Positions 22,734 to 46,461 of a stretch of DNA of 64,000 nucleotides are shown piece after piece. Positions within the stretch are counted from its first letter, which is position 1. Every line of letters begins with the position of its first letter. This DNA is from the human T2T-CHM13v2.0 reference genome, Homo sapiens. The translations under genes were made by a program, and so were the position numbers. The DNA is taken from NCBI RefSeq assembly GCF_009914755.1, contig NC_060926.1; one strand, given 5' to 3'. Under the pieces are notes generated by a model. The model saw only the letters and a list, made by a program, of their open reading frames with translations, was not told the origin of the DNA and did no database searches.

Positions 22734-23419
22734 TCAATTATTGTTATGCTGATACTATAGATGAAGCTACTGAGACTCAGAGAAGTCACGGCGGCAGCAA
22801 GTTGCAGAGCTGGAAACAAACACAAATCTCTTTGACTCCCAAGCTCCTTCCTTTCCAGCAGGCCACACCAGTTCTCACTGAAGGAAAGAGAAATTCCCAC
22901 AGCAAGTTCTGCACAGAACTTCCTGGAAAATTAGTTCTGCTGCTTGAGCTACAGTGCAAATGAATCTCCTCGTTTCTCATTCCTGGTCACCTTCTTGAAT
23001 TACAGAGTGGAAACTCCTTCCCTGGCTCCCAAAAAACAAAACCCCTATTATGAGAATCTTGATGAAAGAAAACTATCAGATAAACATGGTGGCTTGACCA
23101 CACTGGCTTATCTTCTTTCTTTTCCAGAATCCAACTAAAATTAGAGTACAGCATTAAAAGAGATTTAGTTCCACAAGAGCAAGAAAATGGGAGAGGAGAC
23201 AAGATTGCACAAGGGATGTCCGTACATGTTTGGCATAGTAACTAGGGCTCTCTCCATAGCTCACTATAGCCTATGTGCCTGCAAAGACAGGGTATGAACA
23301 AGATGGAGCCAATTCACACATCAGAGGTCCCAGAGGGTGCAGGACTTGGAACTGGTAGATTACCTGATGATATTGACAGGCAGCTGGTAGATGTGTAGGA
23401 GCACATGGTAGGATGAATA

Positions 23420-23790
23420 CTGTCCCTTTCCCTATACCGCATGTCCTAATCCCTGGAAAGTGTGACTATGTTACCTTACATGGCAAAAGCAGCTGTGATT
23501 AAATGAAAGATCTTGAGATAGAAAGATTAACCTGAATTATCAGTCAGAGAAGATGTGATAATGGAGGAAGAAGTAGGAGTGATTGAGGAAAAGGTCCAGG
23601 AGCCAAGGAATCGGGGCAGCATCTAGAAGCTGGAAAAGGCAAGGAAACGAATTCCCCCTGGAGCCTCCGGAAGGAATGCAGCTCTGCCGACCTCTTGATT
23701 TTAGCTCAGTGAGGCTCATTTTGGACTTTGACTTTCAGAATTGTAAGATTGTTGCTTGAGCCACTACATTTGTGGTAACTTTGTTACAGA
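23420..23790. mobile_element. MLT1 LTR
   Basis: atgtcctaatccctgga...tatgttaccttacatggcaaaag...ggagccaaggaat...tttgttacag motifs. Confidence 0.75.
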
Positions 23791-24264
23791 GCAACCAGAA
23801 CCAGAGCATTTGGGAGTGTGGGTGAGAGATTGGCAATAGAAACATAGAAACCTAAGAAAATAAAATGTGCAATTACTCCAGGTTAAAAAATATTGAATGA
23901 GAAAGTAAACATAATCATAGTATGGCACACACTCATATGTATCAAATGTAAATACTTAATAGTGACTTAGCCAAAAAGTGAACTGTGACTACATGGGAAG
24001 AATGAGTGGAATGGGGATGTATAAGAGCCAAATCCTCATCTGCTGTACCAGAAAGAAAAATTAACATACGGAGCACAGACAAATTACTTGGAAGTATGAG
24101 GTAAATAAAATTCCAAAGAAATAGATAGCAGAGTTGAAAATAATTGCCTCTAGGAGCACATTGAGAAGTAGAACTGACAGGTCAGGGGATGGGGCAGAAA
24201 TTGAGACTTTTCCTTAATGAATTTTTAACATTAGTTGATTTTTAAATGATGTCAGTGGATATTT

Positions 24265-24589
24265 CTTTTCTCTTTTCTTCTTTTCTTTTCTTTTTTCTTT
24301 TCAGAGTCTCACTCTGTCACCCAGGCTGGAGTGCAGTGGCACAATCTTGGCTCACTACAACGTCTGCTTCCTGGGTTCAAGCGATTCTCCCGCCTCAGCC
24401 TCCTGTAGGTGTAGGCCTCCAGCCTCCTACAAGTGCCCACCACTATGCCTGGCTAAGTTTTGTATTTTTAGTAGAGACTGGGTTTCGCCATGTTGATCAG
24501 GCTGATCTTGCACTCCTGGTCTCAAGGGATTCTCCTGCCTCGGCCTCCCAAAGTGCTGGGATTACAGGCATGAGCCACTGTGCCCAGCC
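24265..24589 (-). mobile_element. Alu
   Basis: Reverse dimer with TSD atgtcagtggatattt on both sides. Confidence 0.92.
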
Positions 24590-25699
24590 ATGTCAGTGGA
24601 TATTTCATTAGTAATAAAAACAAATGCCAAAAATGTTATAAGAATCAATGGCCTAACAGAAGCATTAAAGTGATAGCAGATTTAACTCAAATGTCTAAGT
24701 CTATGATTAGTTTTCAATATTACACTGGAATACATTTGCTTAAGAACCTGCTGAAAAAATGAAATCAACCTTTGTCTCCAACACGACTGATGCTTGAGAA
24801 ACCCACTGATGGTGTCTAATGACCTTAAGAGCTACAGAGGACCTTAAGGTTGAATCTGTTTTACATATGAGGATACTAAAACTCACTCACTTGTAACTGC
24901 TGCTTTAACAGTACAAATCTTTAGAGGCTCGTGCTGTGAGTCCTGTGCTAGATGCTGGTTGGACCTTGCCCTCAGGGAGCTTGCAGTCAGCAGAGGAGTC
25001 GGCAGAAGGAGAGCTAAGTGAGCAGTGGAGCAAAGGCAAGAGACCTGGCCTTGGAAGAAAGGCAGCGTGTGCAGGGGTTGGCTGGGCCAGAGGCCTGGGA
25101 CTAGGGAGTCTTCTGCAATAGAGGTCAGGGCTAGAAAGGAGTCCAGGGCTAGAAAGGAGTCCAGGAGACTGGCTAAACAGCAAAGGCCTGAAGAGCAGGT
25201 GACAGGGCCGCCATTTATAACTGTCCATACTCCACTGGGTTTGGGGGCCTGTTAGGGCCAAGTCAAGGAGATGAGGTCAGAGAAGCAGATGGGATCGAGT
25301 GCCCAGGTGGGAAGATGATGCTACAAGGGGCTGGAATTCAGGTGAGAGTCTGAAAGAAGGCTACAACAGTAGCAAAAAAGAAACTGCTTCTGCTTAGAAC
25401 CTTGTATCTGCTTCCTGTACGAAAGGAGCCAACCCTGAACTTGGGAGATTTAGCAGGAGTCCATGGGGCAAGAAGTGAGAGGCTAAGGCAGGCCCACTTC
25501 TAGCAACTGCCTTCTCTCTTCTTGAAGGCCAGGACTCCACTATGGAGTGCTCTCTGTGCCTCAACACCTCCACTAAGCCTTGCAAAGTGGCTTGTCCACA
25601 ACGGGCATTTGATGAATATTTCTTACCTGACTAGTAAACTTAGTGGTTGTAATCAGCTCATCATGGTGGTTGGGGCTAGCTCAACAAAGAGAAAAAGAT

Positions 25700-26585
<886 letters not shown>

Positions 26586-26849
26586 GCCTTTCTCTTTGAA
26601 CACCCATGGGAGTGATACTCAAAATATTTAACAACCAGTAAGACAAGGCTATTGAATAATCAACCAGGGTTGGAACAGGGTCCTGGGAGATCTCACTCCC
26701 ACCTCCATGCCAGGCATTAACCCCTTAGTTGCTGAATCATGAGGTGGTCTGGGGGTGCCAGGGGAGGAGTTGGGACAACCAAGGTGGCAAGGAGGACATG
26801 CAAGGGGCTTGGACAATGGTCATCTACCAATCAATATGACAGTATTTTA

Positions 26850-27151
<302 letters not shown>

Positions 27152-27672
27152 TATATGGCAGTATTTTAATATTTCAGTAGCTAAAATCAGCCCTTGACTT
27201 CTCATAGCTTCTTAAGTGGGAACTACTTCTAACAGATTTTTGGGGCATCCTTCCAGAAATGTTGTGAGTGCATATAACCTTAAATGTTTTGCATATAGAA
27301 CTTAACCTGTAGAGAAGCATAATAGATTTTTTAAATTATTTGCATAAGTGAGAGCATACTTTGCACACAATGTTGCATCTTGTTCTTTTTGTGTAACAGG
27401 ATATCTAGTAGATATTTCCATGTCATCACAGATAGATCTGCATTTACAGTGGCTTGACATCATATAGCTCTAATTATAGAGGGGTGTGTGAGTGTGTGTA
27501 AGGATTTTTCTCCCCCTTTTTTCCCTTTCCTGCACTTCTACCTGATGATTTTACCTGAGGCTTGCCCTAACAATAGTCACCAGTGAGCCGGCAGAGGCTT
27601 CAGAGAAGTTACTGGTTAGTATTAATAATCAGTAGAAAAAATAATATAAAACATCTTTTCCAAAGAGCTTAC

Positions 27673-28060
27673 CTTGGACTGCCCAAAGATCTGTTATTCT
27701 CATGTGGCCCAAGTCAAACATCTTAAAGAAACCACCATGTTAGAGAGAAATGGTTCCCCATCAACACAGAATCAGAGTTTACTTTAGATCAAAAGCCACT
27801 TTAGTGGCCATTCCAAGTGGTTGAAATGCCGAAGGAGAAAATTCACAGTATATGTACTGCGGGAAGACAGACTTCTAGTGAATCCAATTAAAGGCTTTTA
27901 CAAAGGCTGGCCTGGCACAAACATGAATTTCCCTTCTAAAGACAAAACAGTTGAAGTTTCTCAGTATTGCAATGAAATTAAACTAGAGGAGAAGGTCACC
28001 CCACCATTCAGATTCCTGTGACTTGGGCCTGAGTTGTGAGGTTTGCCCTTGGGAGATGGC
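27673..28060 (-). other. FLACC1: Probable non-coding first exon of FLACC1 (5' end approximate)
   Basis: Strong AAG|GTAAGC donor at 27672 in unique sequence, with promoter motifs immediately upstream. The coding exon at 22143 has an acceptor and so needs an upstream exon. Confidence 0.6.
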
Positions 28061-28081
28061 AGGCCAAAGTTTGTTTATTTT

Positions 28082-28345
28082 GTTGCTATGGACACAGAAC
28101 AGTAGCTCCTCATTGGCTCAGGGCTCTTTTCTTCAAGAGAGAAGGTTGGGAGAAACAGCCAATTAAATTCTCCAAGACACAAATCAGTGACCACCCTCAA
28201 CAGCAAAGAATTCATACTTTTAACACTGGATTTCCACTTTCGTCATCAGTCATGGGACAAAAAAGTTTAAGATATATCTTCAGAGGAAATAGAATTCAAC
28301 AGCACTTTTAGGCTTCATTGGTCTATGGCAATAGTTACCAGGCAG
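28082..28345. promoter_or_regulatory. Putative FLACC1 promoter: RFX X-box plus CCAAT boxes
   Basis: GTTGCTATGGACAC at 28082-28095 closely fits the RFX consensus GTTGCYATGGCAAC. ATTGG at ~28112 and CCAAT at ~28159. Further X-box half sites CTATGGCAAT and GTTACCAGG at ~28323-28342. Confidence 0.6.
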
Positions 28346-28919
28346 GATCTGTGATGGATTTTTAATTCCTCTGTGATCTACTCACAGAAACCTAAAACTC
28401 TAGACACTTTTTTCCCTCGAGTTTAAGGCTTTGAAATCTGTGAAAGTAAAAATCCCCCAAGGCAGGAATCTTTTTCAGTCACAAGGTTTTCCGATTTTTT
28501 TTTTAAATAAAGCTGCTTTTTCTTACTATAGAAAAAAGTACTTGCTTATTACAACCCAGTGGCTTTCATTTTAGTTTTACTGCCACTCATTATAAGAAAT
28601 ACATTTTACAAATTTTGTAATAAAAAAATTTCATGAAATAATACTCTTATTATTTGCTATTCTCTTCTATTTCTTTTTCTTCTTTAAATTAAAGCTGATT
28701 ATAATCCACTAGATTGATTTCATGATCCTGGTGGGTCACAACCCCTAGCTTACAAAATATTGTTATAAATTCATCTATTCACTCAACTTCACATTTGTTG
28801 TCTACTGTGTGCCAGGCACTATTGCTAGGTGTGGGGATATACCTCAGTTCTTATACTCAATACAACTTAGAGACCAATGAGAAAACAGACAATAAAAAAG
28901 CTCAATAAAAGCATAATTA

Positions 28920-29542
<623 letters not shown>

Positions 29543-29619
29543 CACAATGACTCATATTGAGACTTGCCAGAAGCAGTGGGAGTTCATAGCAGGAGTTACT
29601 CTTCTAGTCCAGTGAGTCA

Positions 29620-30195
29620 GGCAGCAGTGTTAAACAGAGAAGAGATCTGACTAGATCTACATATCAGAAAGATCATTCTGACTGCAATATAGGGAAGCAA
29701 TTGGAAGGGCCAGGAAAACCAGGTAAAAGTCTGTGGCAGTGGTCGTCATGGGACCTGACGATGGCCCTGACTGAGGAGCAGCAGTGGGGATGGAGAGAAG
29801 ACATGATAGAACTTGGTGATTGACTGGATGCTGGGATGAGCGAAAAGGAGAAGGTGATGATTCCTGGCTTTCCAGCTCGAGCAATTGAGTTGACCGTGGT
29901 GCCATTTATTGAGATAGGAAAGTGTGGAGGGATAAACAGGTTCTAGGGAGCAGATTATTAGTTCAGTTTTGGATATGTTGAGGTGCAGGGAGACTAATAG
30001 ACAAGTGGTGACGTCTGTTAGAGTTTCTTACATATTTTAGAAGTTCAGAGGAAGATTCTGGCCTAGAAGCAGATTTAGGAGTCTTCAGAGTGGATACTAT
30101 TCCAAGCCAAGGGAGCGAGTGAGATCACATATAGAGAGAGTATTGTGTAAGGAGAGAAGAGGGTCTAGAACAGAGCTCTGAGGACACCAGTATTT
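29620..30195 (-). mobile_element. L2 fragment
   Basis: agaaagatcattctgactgc...gatgattcctgg...agttcagttttggatatgttgag match the L2 ORF2 region. Confidence 0.65.
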
Positions 30196-31465
30196 ACGAC
30201 AAGATTTCTCAGTGTGGGCCATGTGTAGTTAAAATGCATAGACCTGTTGCTTGATTGCAAGTGGCTTACATCAAAGAGGTTTATTAACCTCATGAAATAG
30301 AGTCTGGAGGCAGTGCTATCAGAGTTGGTGCAAAGATTCAGCAATGTCCTTGGAGAACTGGGCTCTTTCCATCTCTCTGTTATGCCAGCCTCGGTGTGTT
30401 GATGGAGGGAAGCGTCTTGGTTGCACTATGGCTGCTTCAACTCTGAGCACCATGAACAGGCTAGATGAAGAGAGACTTTCAAAGATTAAAAGGAGGGAAA
30501 TAACTTAGAGAAGAATTGATAGACTCTATTAGTCATCTAGACAATCTGTCTCCATCCAGAGATTGAATATTTACTTTGAGTGTGTTTAATGTGTAAAATT
30601 TTATATTTAAATCCTTTCTTATGATTAAAAAAAAAAAAGCAGCAGGATTTGGGTCTTGAGTGAAGCATGGCTAAAAACAGAGATACAGAGGAAGTAAGGG
30701 CTGAAGGAATACCCCAGCCACTCGACTTGGCAAAGGCTCAGCACTAATTACTACTACTTGGGTATCCCCATTCTCCTTTCATCTTTTTGGACATGAGTAA
30801 AGCTTCGCCAGTTCCAAAACAGCTGAGGAGAAGGAAATGAAGGTGTTTAGGGGCTAAGTGTTAAGTGCTCTTCTCTTGGATGAAATTGGGGAAGTGCTGG
30901 CATTCTCAGTAACTTCGCCTAAAGCAAAGTGTCTTACTATTTGGAACAGAGGTGGAGGAGGCCACCAATAGTAAAACAAAGTATAAGTTGAAAAATGAAT
31001 GAGAGAAACTGCAACTTAATTCTGACAGCAATATTATCAAAATTGGTCTGCACAGGGCTTGGGGAAATAGATATCCTCTTGTGTGATGCTGCAGCATTCA
31101 CGAAGTGGCAAACATGGTCAGCTGGGAGCATTCGGAGGCTTTCCATCTGTGGAGCGCTATTTGTGGCTCTATGAGAACACTCCCAGTGTGGAAAAGACAG
31201 TGTTCTCTTAAGAAGCTTGTAATTATCTCCAACTTGCTCACTTGCTCAACTCTCTTTGATCTTTGGCTTTCAACATCTGACTTTAGAGTGGTGCTATGCT
31301 AACTCCCATGGATCATCCTGAATAGACCCGACCAGGTAGCCACAGGAATCCCGTGAAAGCCTGTAGTGCTACCCTTGCACCTAGAAATAGGGGCCACTGT
31401 TCTGAGCCCTGGGCTTTAGAGGGCTCTGCATAGGACAGGCACACACAGAAACCTACATTTGTTCA

Positions 31466-31819
<354 letters not shown>

Positions 31820-33719
31820 TCAGCTCTGAAACAGCAGGAACCATAACCCTAAAGATTCACTCTCATCATTAACCACATTCAGGTCTCAGGGAATGCTTCA
31901 CCACATCTTTTACCCTTTACCTTCAAAACAAAAGATGACTGTGCCCAAATACTGTAAAGGTTTGTGGGTGATGCTGCTGCTGAGATCAGACACAGACACT
32001 GCTTTGGAGTGCAGGAAAGACTGGGGCAGCAGCAGTAAGGTAAGAGGAAAGGTAACCTGTCAAAACCTCTCAGATAGCATGAATGCAAGATTTGTGCATA
32101 ATGAAATATATTTTCCAGTGGTGCTGAGCACCCATTTTTTGCTTCTTTTAATGCCTTAATTTGCAATTCCACAGGTATTCGCATACAGGAATGGTATTTG
32201 CAAGAGCTACATATGGTGGCTGAAGAACATTGTGCAATATGCATCCTGAGTACCCTTACATTTATATATATGTAGATCTAGATGGAACATGAAGCCTGGT
32301 ACCAACTCTTCATATTACTGGATAGATCTAAAGATTGTTTGAGAGATGGTAAAAACAGCCATAGAAGTGGTAGTGAATTATATGAAATTAAAATACTCCA
32401 TAGCATTTTCTGGCCTATCATAATGTTTGAATGTGATGTGAAAATCTTGCTTTTGAACAACTTAGTGATTTTTCTGAGAAGGCAAGACGATCAAATTTTG
32501 TGAAACAATACTTTGATTTTTATATATTTGGGTTTTCTGTATTTTTCATCATCTCATAACACCTTCGGGGTGCTTTCTTCATAACTTCTTAAACTAAAGA
32601 ACAAAACACTTCATGCTATTGCTGGCACCATGACCTGCCAGCCAACAGTTGTATTTCAGCATCTTTTCTGAATTTGCACAGTAACATTTGCTCATTTGAA
32701 AATTTTGTGGTATTTTGGCCCTTAACTCATAAAAACTAATGAAAAACAGAAAAATAAAACTTACTATTAGCCTAACTCAAATTTAATATAGTGAAACTAA
32801 CAATAGAAGTCAACAGGATGCTTAAAGCCCCAAATCTTAAACCTCATCAGAAGGTTTTTTGGACTTAAACACATCCACTAGTAGTCATTTGTGAAAGAAA
32901 ACACAATTAAAGATGATGAGAATAGCACTAAATTTGATATCAAAGTAGAGTCTCAAGCTTCATTTCTCACAAGATGGTCATAATTCTAAATGGATACTGA
33001 GTTTTTTTAAAAAAACAGTTTCTTTTTTTTTTCCAAGATGGCAGATTAGAGTCTTTCAGTGTGCCTTGGCTCCTTGGAAATAGCAAGATAGTGTGTAAAG
33101 ATCATCTCTGTGGGTTTTTATCCAAAAAGGAAAATGGGAATCCACTAGAATTGTGAAGGACACCCCAGATGCCAGGGAGGAGAATGTGGACAAACAGCCC
33201 CAGTGATGGCATGCAGCTGATAAAAATGAGTGAAGCCCTAGTACATGGGAGAGGCAGACAGCCTCCCTCTATGACTCACCTTTCCACTTGGGATCCAGGC
33301 AACCCAGGCTGAGGGAGAGCACTTTGTTTCTCGCAAGCTCTGGAGCTAACTTGGGGAAGCGGCTTGGAAACACTGTGAGGAAAAGACATAGAGAAAAGCT
33401 GCAAACATTTTCCCAGACTCAGGACTGAAAGCAGGGTGCCATTTTTAATCCAGGCATTCTTTGGTGACCTAGCAGTGTGGCCACACAGGCATTTTAGTCT
33501 TGGGTCAGCAACTGGAGCACCTGCTCTGGCTTAGGGTAGGAGTCTCCATAGCCAGAACTGTGCAAAGAGCCTCAGTAGTAGGTGCAGGGATTGTGCTCTC
33601 CCCCTTTGCAGGCCTGAGGTGGGAGGAGAGCTGCTACAGCTGCAGTTTCTCCTGTGTGATGCGACTTGCAGCCAGGGCTAGCTTGGTAACCTGGAACTAG
33701 TCTGCATATGTCATTGCAG

Positions 33720-34490
33720 GGTGACCCAGCCTGCTCCCCTGAGATTGTGGTGCAGCAGAGCCCTCTGCTCCACCCTCAGGCAGAAATCCAGGCATTTGGA
33801 GCACTTGCTTGTCTGGACCAGCAGCCTGAGCTGCCTCACCCTTCATGGACATAGATTGTGGTACAGCGTGGCTCTCTCTGCTCCACACCCAGGCAGATCT
33901 CCAGGTATCTGGAGCACCCCCTTCCTTGGATCAGCAGCCTGAGTTGTCCTACCTTTCCTGTGTATAGATTGTGGTGCAAGGGTGCCCTCTCCACTCCAAC
34001 TCTAGGCAGATCTCCAGGCATTTGGAGCACCTGCTCACATGGACTAGCAGCCTGAGTGCCCTACCTTTCCTGTGCAGAGATCTGGGTGTGGGAAAGCCCT
34101 CTCCATTTTGCACCCCGGCAGATCTCTAGGCATTAGGTGCACTTGCTCATCTGGTTCAGCAGCCTGAGCCGCTGCCCCTCCCCATTCCAAGACATAGATC
34201 ATGGTGCAGCAAGGCCCTCTCTGCTCCATGACCAGGCAGATCATCAGGCATTCGGAGCACCCATTTTCCTCGATCAGCAGTCTGAGTCACCCAAACCCTC
34301 CTACGCAGAGGTCTTGGTATGGGGGGCCCTCTCTCCTCCATGCTCAGGCAGATCTCTAGGCATTTAGAGCACTCACTCGCCTGGAACAGCAGCCTGAGCA
34401 CCTCACCCTTCCTGTGCATAGATCCTGGTGCAGTGGGGCTCCATGCCTAGATAGAGCTCCAGGCATCTGGAGCAGTCACTCTACTGGATT
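33720..34490 (+). repeat. About 7 diverged tandem ~113 bp monomers in the old L1 5'UTR
   Basis: Unit gat(t/c)gtggtgcag...caggcagatctccaggcatttggagcac...cagcagcctgag recurs at ~33743, 33855, 33968, 34079, 34197, 34310 and 34421. Confidence 0.9.
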
Positions 34491-35699
34491 AGTTTAAGCC
34501 GCCCCCATCCCTTTGCAGGGAACTTGGGGTCGAGGAAATTTCCCAAGCATCTCTGGGTGCTTGGCAGTGGCTACCCACTGCATTCTCCCTCAGTGCTGGT
34601 ACTTGTACCTGCCATCAGGGGACCTGTAGTTGGACCTGCCTAGTCCAGCTCTGCTCATTTTGGCCCCTCCCTCCTTGTGTCTGAGCAGGGAGCTCAGACC
34701 ACTATGCACCCCATGAATCAGCTCATTGCCTGAGGTAACAGAGCTTTTCCCCATAAACAAGGATCAAGTATATACTCAGTCACATTGGCCATAGCAGGCT
34801 CTTACCTATTAGCACCATCTACTGGTTTGTAGGTTGAACTGCACAGCCCAGTATAAAACCTGCTGACAGAAGTGAATAGGGTTATAGAAGCAAAGCCAAA
34901 AGACCCTACCCAGCATTCTTTATAGTCACACTCCCTAGAGAGGGGGGAAAAGGGAAAGGGAAAGAAAAAAAACCCCAATAATATTATAGGGACAGAAGGA
35001 AAAATAAATAATCCTAACCTATATGAAAATACTATAAAATTAAAATGCCAGCATCTCCAGATGAGAAGGAATCAGTGCGAGAATTCTGGCACCATGAAAA
35101 ATCTCAATATAGTGACACCACCAAAGGATCAAACTTGCTCTCCAGCAATGGTCTATAGCCAAAATAGAAACTCAGAAAGAACGGATACATAATTCAAAGC
35201 ATGGATTACAAGGAAGATCAATGAGATCCAAGTCAAGGTTAAAAATCAACAACACAAAACTTCTAAAGCAATCCAGGAAATGAAGCAAGAGATAAACATC
35301 TTATAAAGAAATCAATCAGAGCTTCTGAAGTTGAAAAACTCACTCAGGGAATTTCAAAATACAATTGAAAGCTTTATCAATAGTCTGGACCTAGCAGAAG
35401 AAAGAATTTCAGAGCTTGAAGACTGATCTTTTGAGCTAACTCAGTTACACAAAAATAAGGAAAAAATAATTTTTAAAGGTGAACAAAGGCTTTGAGAAAT
35501 ATGGGATTATGTAAAACAACCAAACCTGTGAATTACTGGCATTCCTGAGAAGGAAAAAAGTGAACAACCTGGAAAACATATTTGAGGGAATAATTCAAAA
35601 AAGTTTCCTTAATCTTGCTAGAGGTAGACATCCAGATACAAGAAATCCAGAGAACACCTGCAAGATACCATACAACATGAGCATCACCAAGGTATATAG

Positions 35700-35954
<255 letters not shown>

Positions 35955-38174
35955 TGAACTCCTGACCTCAAGTGATCTGCTGACCTTGGCCTCCCAAAGT
36001 GCTGGGATTACAGGTGTGAGCCACCGCGCCCAGGAGAAAACATTTTAAAGGCAGCTAGAGAAAAAGGTCGGATTGTGTACAAAGATAATGCATCAGGCTA
36101 ACAATGGACTTCTCAGCAGAAACCTTACGTGCCAGGGGAGATTGGAAGTCTTTTTTCGGCATTTTTAAAGACAAGAAATTCCAGCCAAGAATGTCATATC
36201 CCTCCAAATTAAGCTTCATAAGCAAAGGAGAAAGAAAATATTTTCTAGATAAGCAAGAGCTAAGGGAACATGTTACCACCAGATCAGCTGTACAAAAGAT
36301 TCTTAAAGGAGTTCAAAACACGGAGACGATAGAATGATATGTGCTATCACAGAAACACACTTTTAAGAACATAGCCCACAGATCCTATAAAGCAACCACA
36401 CCACAGAAATTGCAAAACAACCAGCTAACAATCTCATGATAGAATCAAAACCTTGCATATCAATATTAACCTTGAATGTAAATGGTTTAAACACCTCACT
36501 TAAAAGGCACAGGGTGGCAAGTTGGATAAAAAAACAAAAGCCATCCATTTGCTACCTTCGACTGACCATTGTCACACATTAATAACATCCATAGGCTCAA
36601 AGTAAAGGGTTGGAAAAAGATTTACCATGCAAACAGAAAACAAAAAATGGGTAGGGGTTGCTATTCATATATCAGATAAAACACACTTTTAACCAACAAC
36701 AGTAAAGAAAAGGACAAACGATAAAGAGTTAATTCAACAAGAAGACTTAACTACCCTAAATATATATACAGCCAACAATAGAGCAACCAGATTCATAAAA
36801 CAGGTACTTCTAGACCTACAAAAAGACTTAGCCACACAATAGTAGTGGGGGACTTCAACACCACATTGACAGCATTAGAGAGATCACTGAGGCAGAAAAC
36901 AACAAAGAAATTCTAGACTTAACTTCAACACTTGACCAATTGGGCCTAATAGACATCTACTGAATATTCCACCCATCAACCACAGAATATACATTCCTCT
37001 CATCTGCACACAGAACAGACTCCAAGATTGACCACATGCTTGGTCATAAAGTAAGTTTTAAGAAATTTAAAAAAAAAATCAAAATCATAACAACCATACT
37101 CTCAGACCACAGTGGAATAAAAATAGAAATCAGTATCAAGAAGACTGTTCAAAACCACATAAGTACATGGAAAATAAACAACTTGCTCCTGAATCACTTT
37201 TGGGTAAACAATGGAATTAAGGTAGAAATAAAAAAATTCTTTGAAATTAATGAAAACAGAAACAATATATCAAAATCTCTGGGATACAGCAAAAGCAATA
37301 TTTAAGAGGAAAGTTTATAGCAGTAAACACCTACCTCAAAAAGTTAGAAAGATCTTAAATTAATGATCTAACATCACACATAGAGGAAACAGGAAAAGAA
37401 CAAACTAATCCCAAAGCCAGCAAAGAAAAGAAATAAGTCAGAGCAGCACTGAATGAAATTGAGACCCCAAAATCCATACAAAGAATCAATGAAACCAAAA
37501 GTTGGTTCTTTGAAAAAAATAAACAAGACTGATAGACTGCTAGCTAAATTAACAAAGAAAAGAAGATCCAAGTAAGCCTAGTCAGAAAGGACAGAGGTGA
37601 CATTATAACTGAGAGAAATACAAAAGATCCTCAGAGATTATTATGAACACCTCTATGCACAAAAACTAGAAACCTAGAGGAAATGGATAAATTCCCGGAA
37701 ACACACAACTTCCCAAGATTAAATCAAGAAGAAATCGAAAGCCTGAATAGACTAACATTAAGTTCCAAAATTGAATCAGTAATAAAAAATTTAACCACCA
37801 AAAAAAGGCCCAGACCAGAAGAATTCACAGCCAAATTCTACCAGATATACAAAGAAGAGTTGATACCAACTCTACTGAAACTATTAAAAAAAACTAAGGA
37901 AGGACTTCTCCCTAACTCATTGTATGAAGCCAGTTTTGGTATCATTCTAATCCCAAAACTGGGCAAAGACACAATGAAAAAAGAAAACTAAAGGCCAGTA
38001 ATCCCTATGAACATAGACACAAAAATCCTGAACAAAATACTAATAAACTGAATCCAACAGCACATCAAAAAACTAATTCACCATAATCAAGTAGGCTTCA
38101 TTCTTGGAATGCAAGGTTGGTTAAACATATGCAAATCAACAAATGTGATTCACCATATAAAAAGAATTGAATTA

Positions 38175-38360
<186 letters not shown>

Positions 38361-39985
38361 TCAGGAGGCTGAGGCAGGAAAATCGTTTGAACTCTAGAGG
38401 TGGAGGTTGCAGTGAACCGAGATTGCACCACTGCACTCCAGCCTGGGTGATAGTGTGAGACTCTGTCTCAAAAAAAAAAAAAAAAAAATCATATGATCAT
38501 CTCAGTAGATGCAGAAAAGGCTTTTGATAAAATCCAACATCCCTTCCTGATAAAATGTCTCAAGATACTAGGCATCACAGGAAATTATCTCAAAATAATG
38601 AGAGCCATCTATGACAAATCCACAATCAACATCATAGTGAACAGGCAAATATAGGAAGCATTTCCATTGCGAACAGCAACAAGACAAAGATGCCCATTTT
38701 TACCACTCCTATTCAAAACTGTACTGGAAGATTTTGCCAGAGCAATCAGGCAAGAGAAAGAAACAAAAGGCATCCAAATAGGAAACTAAGCTAAACCATT
38801 TCTCTTTGCTGATGATGACTGTATACCTAGAAAACCGTAGACTCTGCCAAAAGGCTCCTGGAACTGATAAACGACTTCAGTAAGTTTCAGGATACAAAAA
38901 TCAGTAGCATTTCTATACAGCAATAACATTCAAGCTGAGAGCAGAATCAAGAACACAATTCCACTTACAACAGCCACACAAACATACACACAATACCTAG
39001 GAATACATCTAATCAGGGAGGTGAAAGACAGCTACAAGAAGAACTGTAAAACACTGCTGAAATAAATCACAGATGACACAAATGGAAAAATATTTTATGA
39101 TAATGGATAGGAATACTCAATATCATTACAATGGCCATACTGCCCCAAACAATGTACAGAGTGAAAACTATTCTTATCAAACTACCAATATCATTTTTCA
39201 CAGAACTAGAAAAAAAGCATTCTAAAATTCATATGGAATCAAAAAGGAGCCTAAATAGCCAAAGCAATCCTAAGCAAAAAGAGAAAAGCTGGAGGCATCT
39301 CATTACCTGACTTCAAACTACACTACAAAGCTACAGTAACCAAAATGGCATTGTATTGGTACAAAAACATAGATCAGTGAAACAGAATACCGAATCCAGA
39401 AATAAAGCCACACACCTACAGCCATTTGATCTTTGACAAAGTCAACAAAAATAAGCAGTGGGAAAAGGACTCCCTATTCAATAAATGGTGTTGGGACAGC
39501 TGGCCAGCCATATGCAGAAGAATGAAACTGGACCCTTACCTTTCACCATATATAAAAATCAAAGATGGATTAATGATTTAAATATAAGACCTCAAACTGT
39601 AAGAATCCTAGAAGAAACCTAGGAAACATTATTTTGGACATGGGCCTTGGGAAAGAATTTATGACTAAGCCCTCGATAGTAAACAGACAACCTATATAAT
39701 GTGAGAAAATTATTTGCAAACTATGCATCTGACAAAGGTCTAATATCCAGGATCTATAAGGAACTTAAACAACTGAATGGGCAAAAACTTAATAAACCCA
39801 TTTAAAAATGGTCAAAACACATGAACAAACACTTCTCAAAAGAAAACATACAAGTGGACAACAAACATGAAAAAATGCTCAACATCACTAATCGTAAGAG
39901 AAATGAAAATCAAAACCACTGTGAATATAACATCTCACACCAGTCAGAATGGCTATCATTAAAAAGTCAAAAAATAAGATATGTG

Positions 39986-46461
<6,476 letters not shown>

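Noticed and set aside
25126-25164. 18 bp tandem duplication (cagggctagaaaggagtc x2); similar small ones at ~7608-7655 and ~15904-15953
   Set aside because: Ordinary slippage-scale duplications with no further structure.
33720-34490. Regularly spaced ~113 bp repeats, superficially CRISPR- or array-like
   Set aside because: The whole unit repeats with no unique spacers, and it lies inside an old L1 5'UTR where tandem monomers are known.
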